A stretch of 64,000 bases of DNA from the human T2T-CHM13v2.0 reference genome, Homo sapiens: the NCBI RefSeq assembly GCF_009914755.1, contig NC_060933.1; one strand, given 5' to 3'. The notes beneath the pieces are model-generated. The model did not search any database and was not told where the DNA came from. It saw only the letters and a list, made by a program, of their open reading frames with translations. Shown here in pieces: positions 29,960-44,235 of the stretch (positions are counted from its first letter, which is position 1; the number at the start of each line of letters is the position of its first letter). Position numbers and translations under genes: made by a program.

Positions 29960-30855
29960 AGAAATGTGCCAGGGCTCAGGCTTCAGTCTTTCTTCTCTTT
30001 CCTCCTTAACATGTAGGTTATCTAATTGAACCCAATATAATCTGTAGGCTGTTAACTTCAAGCACTGAACTTTCTACTGAAATCTAGATTCATGTAGCTG
30101 ACAATATACTTGATTTTTCTACTTTGTTACCTAGTAGCTGTTTTACGTTCAGCATATCACAACCAAATTCTTGATCTTCCATCTCCCATCTCCTATGTCT
30201 AATGTTCTTTATTGCACTGCTAGTCACCCAGTTACTCAGGCCAGAAACCTTTAAATTATTCTGGACTCCATTCTTTCATTCAGGCAGTTAGGGAATCTTG
30301 TCTGATTTACTTTCAGATACAGTACATCCAGGGTCTAACTTCCCAACACTATCATCACAGCACCCAAGTTCACCCCAAGTTCTTGTGTGGAAAATGACAA
30401 GAATCATTTTGTTTCTCTAATTCCACATTTGTCCTGCACTCTCCATTCACACAGCAGTGAAAATTTTCTCCTGCTCAAAATTCTCCAGTGCGTTTCTAAA
30501 CCACACTTGAAATGAATTCCAAAGAACTTACTATGGTGTACAATGCTGCTTCCCTAATTCATTCTTCGGTCTCTGCTCAATTGATTTCTGAAAGGCCATT
30601 CATGAATATACATAATATATATACACATATATAAAAATATATATGATAGAGTAGTCTTCCCTTACTTGACTATAACTATTTACCTTATTTCTCTCTGATT
30701 AATGTTCTCTGTATATAATTCCGAATTGCCTCCCCCACTAAAATAATGTGAGTTTCATGAGGGCAGGGACTTTGTTTTGCTTACTTTTTTGCTTTGTTTT
30801 GTTCACTTCTACACATTAATTACCAACCTCTAATAGATATTTGTTGAAGAAACAA
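29960..30855 (+). mobile_element. L2a-like LINE 3' region
   Basis: tgccagggctcag; cacccagttactcaggccagaaacc; catgagggcagggactttg; aatagatatttgttgaa. Confidence 0.75.
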
Positions 30856-31869
30856 ACTGATAATTAATGTATGTTCTTACATGTCAAATCTCATGGACCT
30901 TGGAACACACAGATAAAAATTCAGCATATTAATATAAGTAATTGTCATCAAGGTACTGCATTTTATTTGCACTATTCTATAAAGGAATGCACAGGGCAAT
31001 TTTTCTTGAATTAGCAACACAATCTGTATGTTTTACCTTTACCCTTAAACCATATCAACTAAACATAACTATAAATGTTGGGCTGATTTTAACATGTGCG
31101 TAGATACACATAGTCACACATTATCCCAAATTAAGGAGCATGGGGAAATGAAGATTTCTTTGATCCCAGTGGCTTCCGAATAACTTTAAATGGTAAAGAT
31201 GGAGATTCTATAATCCAGGAGCTTCAAGAAAACTAATTCAACAGGTTGTAGGTAACCAATCAAGCAGGGGGCAGAGGTATCTTTACAGGAAGAAAAAATA
31301 TTATTTATTTGGCTCTTAAAGGTATTGAAAAATTAAGATTTTCATGAAAGATTGAATTCTAGGTAGAAGTGATCATGTGGTAAAAAATAATAAAAAGGTG
31401 AAAGAAAGAAAAGGAATTTAAACAGTTGAAGAATTTTTTTTGCTCACTCTCAATATGATATAACCTGAAGTCCCAAGATTCATATAAGCAATGAAAGCAT
31501 AACAAAGAAGAATCAATTGATCTTTCACTGGCTTCTGTCCAAGCAACTTTCAGTATATGTTAGGTTATACCTACTGCAATAAAATGTTTGCAGGCCCAGA
31601 AATCTGTGGCTGTTTATCTTGTTCCTCCATTCCAACAATTTTATAATATAAAGCAACGAATTATATTTTAGAATAGTTTTTTTTTTTAGATAAAATATAT
31701 GCTTTTGGTTACTGTAGGAGATGTGCAGGATGCTATGGGAACTCATAACAAGGGTGACTAAGCAGTTTCCTGTGGCACATTTGTGCAAAAGTGTGAGTGA
31801 AATGTGGAGTTTCAGAAAGGTATATCCCAGGAGAAGGGTCGCTACAGCTGAGAAATGAGAAATGCCCAG

Positions 31870-33115
31870 ATAGATAACTGGCTGTCCATATGCAGAAGAA
31901 TGGCTATCCATATGCAGAAGAATGAAACTGGATCTCTACCTATCATTATGAGCAAAAATTAACTAAGGATGGATTAAAGACCTCAAACTATAAACATCTT
32001 CACACAGAACCTAGGAAATAAATACCCTTCTTGATATCAGCCTTGGCAAAGAATTTGTAGCTAAGCCCTCAAAAGCAATGGCAACAAAAACAAAAATTGA
32101 TAAGTGGGGACCTAATTAAAGAGCTTCTGCACAGCAAGAGAAATTATCAAGGGAGTAAACAGACAACCTACAGAGTGGGAGAAGATGTTCACAAACTATG
32201 CATCTCTTCAAAGGTCTAATATCCAGAATGTATAAGGAACTTAAATAAATCAAAAAGTCAAAAACAAATAACCCAGTGAAAATATAGGCAAAAGATATGA
32301 ACAGACACTTCTTAACAGAAGACATACAAGCAACCCACAAACATATGAAAAAATGTTCCACATCACTAATCATCAGAGAAATGCAAATCAAAACCACAAT
32401 GATATGCCATCTCACACCAGTCAGAATGGCTTTTATTAAAAAGTGAAAAATAACAGATATTGGCAAGGCTGCAAAGAAAAGGGGACACTTATACACTGGT
32501 GGGAATGTAATTAGTCCTGCCACTGCGGAAAGCAGTTTGGGGATTTCTTAGAGAACTTAAAACAGTGCTATAATTCAACCCAGGAATCCCGTTACTAGTT
32601 ATATACCCAAAGTAAAAGAAATCATTCTACCAAAAGGACACATGCACTCATATGTTCATTGCAGTGCTATTCACAATAGGAAAAACTTGGAATCAATCCA
32701 GGCACCCATTCACAATGGACTGGCTAAAGAAAATGCAGTACATATATATCATGGAATACAATGCAGACATTAAAAAGAACAAAATCATATTCTTTGCAGC
32801 AACATGCATGCAGCTTAAGGCCATTATCCTAAGTGAACTAAAGCAGAAACAGAAAACCAAATACTACATGTTCTCACTTATAGGTGGGAGTTAATCACTA
32901 AGTACACATGAACATAAAAAAAGGAGCAAAAGACGCTGGGGACTACTACATGGGAGAAAGGCAGGAGGCAAGGGCTGAAAACCTACCTATTGGGTATTAT
33001 GCTTACTACCTGGGTTACAATTTCAATCACATCCCAAACTTCAGCATCACAAAATATACCTTTGTAACAAACCTGTGCATATTCTCCACAATTCTAAGGT
33101 AAAAGTCAAAAAAGA
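31870..33115 (+). mobile_element. L1PA15/16-L1PB-like 3' portion
   Basis: ORF2 C-terminal homology; 3'UTR gggctgaaaacctacctattgggtattatgc. Confidence 0.92.
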
Positions 33116-33589
33116 GAGAAAGAAGAAAGTGGTAAACATGGAAAAAAAAAGGCATAGTACAATAATGCAAAACAGCAAAAACAAAAAACCACTCAGCTAA
33201 AGAGCCTGAGTAGTGGGCTTGGGCTGTGGAGAGCTGTTCCAATGAGAAGTAACAGGATGACTTTCAAAACCAACATATTAGTTTGTATGCAAAGAAGTCC
33301 CTGGGTCCAGTTTTGATTTCATTGCTTTCTGTTTTCTTGGGCATTTAGATACATGATCATGGTTTTCTCTTTAGGTATGCAATGTAGATAAAAACAATGG
33401 ACTCAAGGTCTCAATGTAAAGATTGCATTGAAGAAAAATAAACAATTTGAGTAAATAATGAAAATAATCTGTGCAAAAACTATAGCTTATCTTAAAGAAA
33501 TCTACCAAAGTTGGTTATCACTACAGATGCAAAATATAGACAACCATGTTCTTTCTCAGATTCATCTTCTGTAGTCTTGTGAAATGTCT

Positions 33590-33950
33590 GTCCACTCCAG
33601 GCTGTTGTACTTTTAAAATGATATTGAAAAATTAGGCAGCATCTAAGAAAAAAGCAATAAATTGATGGAGAGGAAACTTGACATAAGATTAAAGAGTTTA
33701 CATTATTTGGTCTGGAAGAGAGAGAGCTGAAGTGGGATATAATAATACTCTTAAAAAATATGAAGAGCTAATATTAGGAAAATGTAGGCCAGCTGTTCTT
33801 TAGCTCCAGTGAGGTCAGAATATGAAAAAGTTGGCTGGGTTTGTTGAAACATTTGAGAGAAAGCCTTGAAAGTAAAGGTTACTTATGGATTCCTGGAGAC
33901 AGGAGATAGGCTGTCTTCTTAACAGGAGATCTTCAGATACCATCTGCTTG
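33590..33950 (+). mobile_element. L3/CR1 LINE relic
   Basis: ~33704-33766 translates LFGLEERELKWDIIILLKNMK, resembling the CR1 ORF2 motif LFSLEKRRLRGDLIxxxKYLK. Confidence 0.7.
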
Positions 33951-35429
33951 GATAGATAGAGATAGTCCTACTCAGAGGTGTCCCTTTGTGCTCAGACTAT
34001 AAGCTCGTAGACTCAATTATTCTGGTATCACAGCTATCAATAATTGGTAAAGGACAGGGGGAGAGCTCATTTGGAAGACAATCACCAGCATAAATGCTCT
34101 GCTCTCAGGGAAATGGAAGTGCCCTTTCCTGAGTTCCCTCTATGGTGTGCTCTTCATTATAAGCTTCCCTTGAGCCTTTCACAGAATGAGGCTTCCTCTG
34201 AGAGGCTATTTCTGTTTTTTATTTTTTATTTTTTATTTTTTTATTATTATCTTCCATAGAAGCTTATTTTCAAAACACAAGGCAAAAAGAAGTCTTTAAA
34301 ATTCTTTGTCACATTTTGAAACATCGGAATTTGAAATCTAAAATGTATGCCTTTTAATTAAAAAAAGTCTTTCACACACATCTAACTCCTGTAACATATA
34401 TAGTGCTAACTCATTAAATCATCTTAAATGTAACTGTCCTTTGCTAAAGAAGAAAAGAAACTCATGCGTTCGACCTACATATAGCATTCATTTGCATATC
34501 CATGCATATACACACACACCTTATTTTACATTAAATCTGTCTCCATACTATTTATATTTATACCCATTTGCTGAGTCCAAATATATCTGGCCATTTTTGA
34601 ATTCCATCAAGTATCCTTTAGAAAGTATTCTTAAGAAGTTATACTTGGTAAGACTTTGCAACAAAGCTGAATTATGGTGGAAATCCTATACAAATGCTCA
34701 ATCTTTCCAGCAGCAATAAATTACAATGTCAGAAACATAAGGTGCTGACCTCCCAGTGTGAACAAAGAGTGTGGGGTGAGTGAAAGGGATAAAACTCTTG
34801 ATTAGAAATATTTTTCTTGAAGAATACAGCATTTATGCAGAGAAACAGCCATGAATAAAGTCTATCACCTCCTGATGTTTATCCATATAAAGCACAAAGT
34901 GATTTTTCTTCAAGGAAAGAAAAAAGAAAAATAAAAACCATCCACTTTGGACTAATACTTAACATTATTCATGTTTAATACACCTGATGACTATAATTTT
35001 ACATTGTCTTTTTTCCTGTAAACAAATGAAGACATAATCTATTTTTCTTTTTCTTTCTTTCTTTCTTTTTTTTGTTTTAACAAAGAAGAAGCAAATGAAC
35101 AATCCTTTGAGTGAGAAAATGTTCTGTAAGTTTAGAATATAGACGTGACTAGTGGGCTATGTGTAAATTTCTTTGAAAAACAACAGCACACTGCTTGTGC
35201 TGGATTGTATTTTTAAAAGTCAGGATCAAGGATTGGAGCTATGTAACATGCTTCACAACAGGGGAGCAGTTATCAAGCTCCTGAACTCCACCAACCACGA
35301 CAGAAGCAGAACATTTATTTCATTCTGTTCCTGCCTCCCTCCCTCTAAAAAATCCCAATAAAATATACCTGCAATAGGAGAGGATTTTCACAGAAACTGA
35401 ACCCACCATCATCTATCTCAGTGAATCTT

Positions 35430-35566
35430 AACCCTTGATGCAGTTTGCTTTTATAAACTACCAATCACCCAGGCCCCACTCAAGACTAATTATTTGGGAG
35501 GCCTAAACATTGCTATTTTTTGAAACTCTGCAGATGATTCTAATGTGAAGCCAGGCTTGGGAACTC
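35430..35566. mobile_element. MER5A-like hAT DNA transposon relic
   Basis: cccaggccccac...cagatgattctaatgtgaagccaggcttgggaac. Confidence 0.7.
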
Positions 35567-35889
35567 TTTTGACACCCACTTTCATGTCCCTGCGTTAATG
35601 GCAGTAAGGATAACTCAGTGATGTAAGCTAACTATTTAAATCCTGTTGTGAGATTCTTCTCTTCCTTTACCACTGAATAGTCCCTTTACTACATCAGTAG
35701 TCAAATCCTTTCCTTGACAAAGCTGCACTATGACAATAGATGAATCTTGACTCTCTCCTGGCTAGGTTTCATCACACACAGGGATTTTCCTTTCATATAA
35801 CTTTCACGTAACTTTCATCCTTTTATTATCTAAATATAGTCCCCAAATTTTCTGGGGCTACCTACTCCTCCAGAAAAACACTCAGATTT

Positions 35890-36345
35890 TTAAAATAGAG
35901 CATTCTAGGCCCTCTGTAATCTGGCTTAGAGTTTCTTTCCAAGTTGAGAATGCTTTATTCCACAGCATGGATCTTCATTTTTTTTTATAGCCTTGTCTAC
36001 ATTCAGTATTTCCTTACTGAACGCCTTACTGAAGCCTACTTTCTTTAATTTTTCCTTCTGTTCTGTTTTTGAAATGCTGACTCTGCTCAGCCAAAATCAA
36101 ACCCTGTCCACTATAAGTCAACCATGCAAGCACCCTCTCATCAAATCACTGTCTTTAGTATTTATTTTGCGGCACCATACAATTTGCATTTATTGCACGA
36201 TTCCTTGTATCTTTAATCAGTTTTGCTCCTCATGCTATTGTAAGCTCTTCAAAGACAAGATGTACATCTCATCTGCAGCTGAAAGCACCTGGCACAGTGT
36301 CTCACACATAGTAGGCACTCAATACTCATTTGTTAAAGGAATATA
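35890..36345 (+). mobile_element. L2 3' end
   Basis: tgtaagctcttcaa...gcacagtgtctcacacatagtaggcactcaata. Confidence 0.75.
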
Positions 36346-37339
36346 AAGTGATTAAATGGCACAGAGCTTACATGATCTCATATCTTAGTGGCCTAATGCT
36401 GAGTATGCAAGTGCTGGGAAGTGCTGTCTGAATTCCAGTGCCAGAATTATATTTATGAGGACATATGGAGGACAAAACAGAAAAGAATGCTATAGTCCCA
36501 AATGAAAAAAAAAATATCATTCTCAGAAAAAGAAGACCATTCTTTACCTTAGAGTGCATTTAGATCTTCAGAAGATCACAAAAAGAAGTGATGAAAAGTA
36601 ATACCTTAGCAGGGGAAGAACCATTAGTTATATGCTCCTTAAAACGTAATGCTAATCATTTGTTCTGTAAATGAAACTTCAATAATCTTTATTTTAATTC
36701 CAGCACCCTGAGAGACCAGTCAAGATCCCTCCATCCTGCAGGTGCTAAATGTGTGCTTTTAAATATGAGACGGGTGCCAGAATTTGCTCTCAAAATGGAA
36801 GAAGTTATGTATCTGGAGACTCATGATGCCTCATTTGCTTCTTTGTGTCCTGCTTGCCACTTCTCTCTCTGTCTGAACAAGGAAGATGTGGGGACACAAA
36901 TGTTCCATATACTTCTTCTCCCTAATAAGGAAAATTTCTACTTTCCTCCTAGAATGAATTTAGATTTTGATACAGCATCTGATTGAATTTTGATGTTTAG
37001 CCTTTTCAAAAAAATCAAAGGGCATGAGCATAATATTGGTGCAGTTTTGAGAAGATGATAGTGGTGGACCTTTTGCCCTAATCTCTGGCCATTTAGAATT
37101 CAGCAATGTGATGGCCCAGAAGAAGACCCAGGAAACCAGTCATGATAAACCCATTATCTACATCAATGATTGACTCAGAAACCAAGGACTAAGCCAATAA
37201 AGCTTCCGAAATGACAGTAAATATTTGAGAAACGGACACATAGTTGGATTTGAGCCAATAAGGTACAGAAGGAATTGAGCCTAGTTATTTCTAAAACAAG
37301 TGTTTTTCTTTTTTCCAAACTTTTATAAGAATTTCAGAA

Positions 37340-37600
37340 GAGAAAGAGTCTCTCAGCATTTCTCACTGGACATGCCTGAAGAAGCATGTAGTCTTAATTG
37401 CTACTGACATCATCCCATAACCACAATGGAAAAGGACTGGAGATATTGTCTGAGAGGTAAGATAATAGAGAACAGCCATTGGATCAAATTCCCTGAAAGT
37501 CCACACCTCCTTCTAGTCTTCCTACTATGTGAGCCAATGAATTTTGTTTTAAGTTAGTTTGAGTTGATTTTCTTATCACATTCAGCCCAATGTACCTTAT
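37340..37600 (+). mobile_element. MLT1 (ERVL-MaLR) LTR fragment
   Basis: atgtgagccaatgaattttgttttaagttagtttgagttgattttc. Confidence 0.6.
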
Positions 37601-37749
37601 AATGATCATGGCAACTGACACAGGTCCTCGAGGAAGCACGTATCTGATTCCAAATGCCAAACACACTCACTAAGCCAAGACATACTTGCTTTCATATTAT
37701 CTTGTTGTGACAATGGCTATTGACACAACACTGGCTTTAACACAGGAAT

Positions 37750-38200
37750 GCCTTCATTCATTCATTTATCAAATATTCATTGAGCACCCATCATGTGTAA
37801 GACACAGTGAAAGATGGCAGAAGATGAACCCTGGAAAAGTTTTTATGAGTGCTATGAGTGTTTGGAAGGACAGCAGGATGCTATGGAAACATAATGGGGA
37901 AACAACTTACAGTGAGGGCTCAGGAGAGGGGATCTCTGAGAAACTGACTTTTACTTCAAGATTTGATATATGAGTTGAGGAGAGCCAGGAAAATAGTGGG
38001 GAAAGAAGAAATAATACATGTAAGTCCTGGACAAAAAATGGAGTGTAATATTTTGGAGAATTTGAAGAGCTCAAGTGGAGAGAGAGTGAGAGGAGGAGAG
38101 CAGCGATCAGAAATCAAAAGCCTTGAGAATCATCATGGTAGGCATTTTGGGCTTCATCCAAAGTCTTGAAACATCACAAGTGCAAGTATCAGATGATATA
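37750..38200 (-). mobile_element. L2 3' fragment
   Basis: ttcattcattcatttatcaaatattcattgagcacc. Confidence 0.7.
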
Positions 38201-38644
38201 TCAGAAGATTAACATGATTTTAACCATTTGCATTTAGTAGTTGTTTAAAATAAAGTCTATATTTAGATGCAGTAAGTTGGGAATTAATTTTAATGAAAGA
38301 ATCATTGAGTATATCCTTTGGAAAGCAGCTATATTTCTTATCAAATCCTCCACTAAGCCAGATGGATAAAGTTTCATGATCTTGAAAACTTTTGAGTGCT
38401 TTAGAATATTTAAAAACAAATATTTTTCTCCAGGGCATGTAGACGGAGTTGCTAAAACATTCTCAGTTTTATAAAATTAGTTAAATTAGAGCTTGGGCAT
38501 GAAAATGTTATTCCAACAGTATTCATCGAGTACCTCACCTATCATGTGACAAGTGTACAACATCATCTTTCTTTCCCCAGTCACACTGTGCACATGTTCA
38601 TTCATTTACCAAGTATAACGGTTGATTTTACAGAAATTTACCAA

Positions 38645-38895
38645 TATTGTAGGGTTAAAGGCATGCTTTCAGAAATTAGATGCCTTTTAGTTCATATTCC
38701 CTTGGAAATTTACTAGCTGTGTCACCTGGGACATGTCACATAACTTCTCTAAGCCTCAATTTCCTTCTTTGTACAATGGTGATAGTATTAGTTCTAGGTC
38801 ATGAGTTTTGTCGTCAGGAACAGATAAGGTAGTACTTATTGAATACTATGTGTGGAACAAGGCAAACACTGAGAAATATTAGTTATTATCATTAG
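38645..38895 (+). mobile_element. MIR
   Basis: ttactagctgtgtcacctggg...taagcctcaatttcc...ttagttattatc. Confidence 0.8.
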
Positions 38896-39279
38896 TTATC
38901 ATGATTGCTAATTCATAATACAGTTAGAAATGTGTGGGGCTGCAGTGTAATGGTAGAATAACTGGGCTGCCATACTTAGGAACCTCTGGTATATTCAGAG
39001 AGAGAAGTGGTCCCAGTAACAGGGACGTGTACTAGGACATTGTGCTTTGCGTAGGCAGCAAGATCAGTAAAAGAAATCCAGGCCAAATTCTGACATGGGT
39101 ACCCAGAAATCTGACATCCAAGGTTCAAAGTGCAGTTGGAAGATAGAAGAAGATGTCGTGCATTAAAAACAGAGCTGAAGATCAAATATTGAAGTATTGA
39201 AGAAAGCATTCTAGCTGCCCTAGCTCCATTTTAAAGATCTGTTAGTCCTGAGGCAGTGACTCTTCAGTCTGTGGGAGAA

Positions 39280-39520
39280 ATAAAGGCTCAACATAGACTC
39301 TGGCTGAAGCCAGAGACCTACTTTCTAGCTTAATCCTGACATTCATAAACTATTGAAGCTGGCAAATTATGTGTCATTTTGATGATTCAGTTTCCTAATC
39401 AGTAAAATGGTGATAATTATAAGTGGTTTGTGTACCACACAGCATTGTTGGGTTATTAAATGAGGTAATGGATAAGAAAGCACTTAGAAAATTCCAAGGT
39501 ACTATATGAAATCATTAATA
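39280..39520 (+). mobile_element. MIR
   Basis: tcagtttcctaatcagtaaaatggtgataat...ttaaatgaggtaatg. Confidence 0.75.
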
Positions 39521-39524
39521 AATC

Positions 39525-39900
39525 TATTCATTAATATTTATGAAGTTTTATCTTGTTCCTGGGATTGCAATACAAAGATGAAAAGAAAAATTCTATTGCT
39601 TTAAGGCACTCATTGTCTACTAGGGAGTCAAATATCAACAATCAATTACAATTAATATATAATAAGTAGTTTATAATATAATGAAATACCAGCTGCCACA
39701 AAGACATGCATAAGGTTCAGTAAAATCCAAAGTGGAAGGAACACCTAAGTTGCCTAGGGGGACAGGGGAAGACTTCAGAGAGGAGCTACATTGCAAGCTT
39801 ATATTTGATTTATGACTGCGAGCTTTCCAGGTGGACAAGGAAAAGAAAGGATGTTCCAGGGACAAAGGGCAGATGTACATAAAACACAATGGTATCTTTG
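39525..39900 (-). mobile_element. L2 fragment
   Basis: ttaaggcactcattgtctac; ggggaagacttcagagaggag; tgttccaggga. Confidence 0.6.
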
Positions 39901-40844
39901 TGGATTGAATTAGAAACAAAAGTTGCAAGTAAATCAAGCCAAAGGCCACTTGAGGTCTTACATTCTTTCCCCGTGTCATCATGGTCATTTCAGTTGCAGA
40001 ACATGTTGGGAAATGACTGACCTTGATCCTGGAATACTCCTCCCATTTGGCCTGGTTCTGCACTTCTTTCCACTAGGTCAGAGTTAGCCTTGCACCCGCA
40101 AATATCACTGTCTCTAGTAGTCAACAGTGAGCATGCCCTGTGCTCTGACTTCCACCAGGCACATGTTTTACATTCATCAAGGCAGTTCTTCTGCATCAAG
40201 GTTGAGGACATTAACTGAGCAACCACTGTGGCTGATTTCATCATTTGTGCCCCATAGCTGAACAGAAGGTTTTAGTTTCCACTGCCTGCTAGGCTACTTA
40301 ACCCTTCTAAGCAGAAATATTCAGACAAAGAAGCCCAACTGTTACTATAATTTTGTCGATGTAAAGACATCTGCATATGACTTCACAGCATCTGGCACTG
40401 TTTGAAACACAGAATCCAGGACTGCAGTTTCCATTTCTCTAAGTACCCCATGTGACAGTTTAGAAAACATTCACTCACCATGACAGCATGAAAACCCCAC
40501 TTCCAAACAAAGCAAAATAAGAAAAAGTATGTATTCTGCAGCAATAATTATATAGGAATATATATGAAATTTACTGTATGTGGAAAAATCCAGTCAATGC
40601 GATGTCATTTCATGTATTTTTAAATCATCTCCCCTTTATGTCAACATGGGTTCTCATAAAGTATCTTTTACATTGGAGCATGTAAAAAGAGCCATTTCTT
40701 CTTTCTAATGCATTTAACAAACTTTTATTTAGCTCTTGTTATGTGCTAACCATCCTGTTGGACAATGGGAACAAAGATATGAGACTCCTTCAAGGAAGGT
40801 AAGACGTAAGTGAAAAAATAATTACTTGGTGAGAACAAGTCATA

Positions 40845-41205
40845 TACACACGCAGGCATCATTTCCTTTGCAGAGCCACTGTGTGTGGTTTTGATGAGGT
40901 GGTCAGTCTAGGTGCTCTGCCCTCTGAACAACCCTGACAGAGAAAGCACATGATTCAGAGAGGCTAATATGTGCCACCTTGGGACTTTCCTATGAAAACA
41001 TGCAGGACAGATTGTCTCTTTTCACATGGATTGGAAGGTGGGAAGATGGTACTTTGGATGTGATTTTGGCAGTCATCTTCCCTACCAAATGACTAAAGAT
41101 AAGACATGGGGGAGGGAATAAAAAAGGAGAAAAGGAAGAAGAGAGAAAGAGAGAGAGAGAGAGAGCGAGAGCACTCTTAGGACATCATTTAAGCTTTGTA
41201 TCAAG
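40845..41205 (+). mobile_element. MLT1J/K-like LTR fragment with (GA)n
   Basis: ggcagtcatcttccctacc...gacatcatttaagctttgtatcaag. Confidence 0.5.
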
Positions 41206-41449
41206 GGTGTCCATGTAAAAAATTGATTTATCACTTAATTACAAATTTGTTTCTTTGATATCTGAATGTGGGGTACTAAAATTACCATATTCTAAAATAA
41301 CAAATTAGCTGAGTCAAGGAGGGCTGAAGAGAAAATTCATCTCTTTTATGGGGAATTTGGTTAGGATGAAGAAAAGAAACTGGTTAATCTACATGTATTA
41401 CGTTTTAGGACTCAAGCTACCAAAGGTAAAGCTTTGAAAAACTATTACA

Positions 41450-42060
41450 GGCATTTCTTGAAAACAGTATGGAATCATCTGATAACACTGAGGTGATATG
41501 AATACTCCTTTAACCGGCAATGTGGCTCTTAGGAACTGATGGGCATGCACATCAGGATATACACAAAAGATTTCCCAGCAGCACTGTTTGTAATAGCCTT
41601 GAGCTAGAAACAATAAATGTCCACCAAGAGTAAAATGTATAAAATATACAATGGAATACCAGACATCAATGAAAATGAATAAACTATAACAACATTTACA
41701 TGGTAGCCTTACTGTCATAATGTTGAAAGATAGAAGCTAGACATAGGAAATGCATAAAATATGATTCCATTCATTTACAGTATAAAAAAGGAAAACTGAG
41801 ACTTGTAATTTGGGAATACTTGATGAAAGTAAAGAGAAGCAAGGAAATGATTATCAGAAAAGCTAGGATATAGTTACTTTTCAGAGGACATTAGTGGTTT
41901 GGAATCAGGAAGTAATACATGGGAGGATTTTAGGTATTATTATAGCAAGGTTTAATTTTCAACTGGGTGGTAATACGGGTGTTCACATAGAGTTACTCAT
42001 GGAATTACATTTATACATGTTTTATGCATTTTGTATGTGTTATATTTCACAGAAAAAAAC
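41450..42060 (+). mobile_element. L1ME-type 3' end
   Basis: gcagcactgtttgtaatagc; atgattccattcat; tgtatgtgttatatttcac. Confidence 0.75.
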
Positions 42061-42235
42061 ATAAACAAAACATGTAGGGATGTTGGATTCTATCAAAAAC
42101 TTTTTCCATGTCTATTGAGATGACCATATGGTTTTTGTTTTTTAATTCTGTTTATGTGGTGAATCACATTTATTGATTTGAATATGTTGAACAATCTTGC
42201 ATCCCAGAAATAAAGCCTACATGATCACAATTAAC

Positions 42236-42535
<300 letters not shown>

Positions 42536-42799
42536 TGATGTGCTGTTGAGTTTGGTTTGCTTGTATTTTGTTGAGGATTTTTGTGTCTATGTTTATCAGG
42601 GATGTTGGCCTGTAGTTTTCTTTTTTGTTGTTTCTTTGCCAGGTTTTCATATCAGGGTGATGCTGGCTTCATAGAATGAGTCATAGAGGAGTCCCTCCTC
42701 CTTGATTTCAATTTTTGGAATAGTTTCAGTAGAATTGGTACTAGCTCTTCTTTGTACATCTGGTGGAATTTGGCTGTGAATCTATCTGGTTCAGGGCTG

Positions 42800-42831
<32 letters not shown>

Positions 42832-43705
42832 ATTCAATTTTGGAACTTGATATTGGTCTGTTCAGTGTTTCAAATTCTTCCTAATTCAATCTTGGGAGAT
42901 TGTGTGTTTCCAGGAATTTATAAATTTCCTCCCTATTTTCTACTTCATGTCCATAGAGTTGTTCATAATAGTTTCTGAGGATATTGTCTATTTCTGTGGG
43001 ATCAGTTGTAATGTCACTGTTGTTGTTTCTGATTGTGCTTATTTAGATCTTCTCTTTTTGTCATTGTTAATCTAGTTAGTAGCCTATTGATCCTGTTTAT
43101 CCTTTTAAAGAACCAATTTTTGGTTTCATTGATTCTTTTTATGGATTTTTGGTCTCAATTTTATTCAGTTTAGCTCAATTTTAGTTATTTCTTTCATTCT
43201 TCTAGTTTGGAGTTGGTTTTGTCTTGTTTTTCTGGTTCTTCCAGATGTGATGCTGAATCATTAATTTGAGATCTCTCTGACTTTTTGAAGCAGGCATTTA
43301 GAACTATAAACTTTCCTCTTACCACTGCTTTTGCTGCATCCCAGAGATTTTGTTTTGTTGTGTCTCTGTTTTCACTTACTTCAAATAATTTTATTTCTAC
43401 CTTGATTTCATTGTTTATCCAAAAGTCATTCAGAAAAAATTAATTTGCATATAATTGTGTGGCTTTGAGAAATCTTTTTGGTATTGATTTCTATTTTTAT
43501 TTCACTGTTGTCCAAGAGTATGGATGGTATAATTTTGATTTTTTAAAAAGTTTATTGAGACTTGCTTTATGACCAAGCATGTGGTTGATCTTGGGGTAAT
43601 TCCTTGTGAAGATGAGAATATATATTCTATGGTGATGGGTGCATGTAGATGTCTATTAAGTCCAGTTGGTCAAGTGTCAAGTTTAAGTTCAGGATTCCTT
43701 TGTTA

Positions 43706-44012
<307 letters not shown>

Positions 44013-44235
44013 TTAGTTTTCTGCCTCACTGATCTGTCAGTGAAGTGTTGAAGTCCCCCACTTTTATTGTGTGGCTAAGTCTTTTTGTACTTCTAGAAAT
44101 ACTTATTTTATGAATCTGGGAGCTCCAATGTTATTTGTGTATATATTTAGGATAGTTAAGTCTTCTTGTTGATATGAATCCTTTACCATTATGTAATGCC
44201 CTTCTTTGTCCTTTTTGCTGTTGTTGGTTTAAAGT

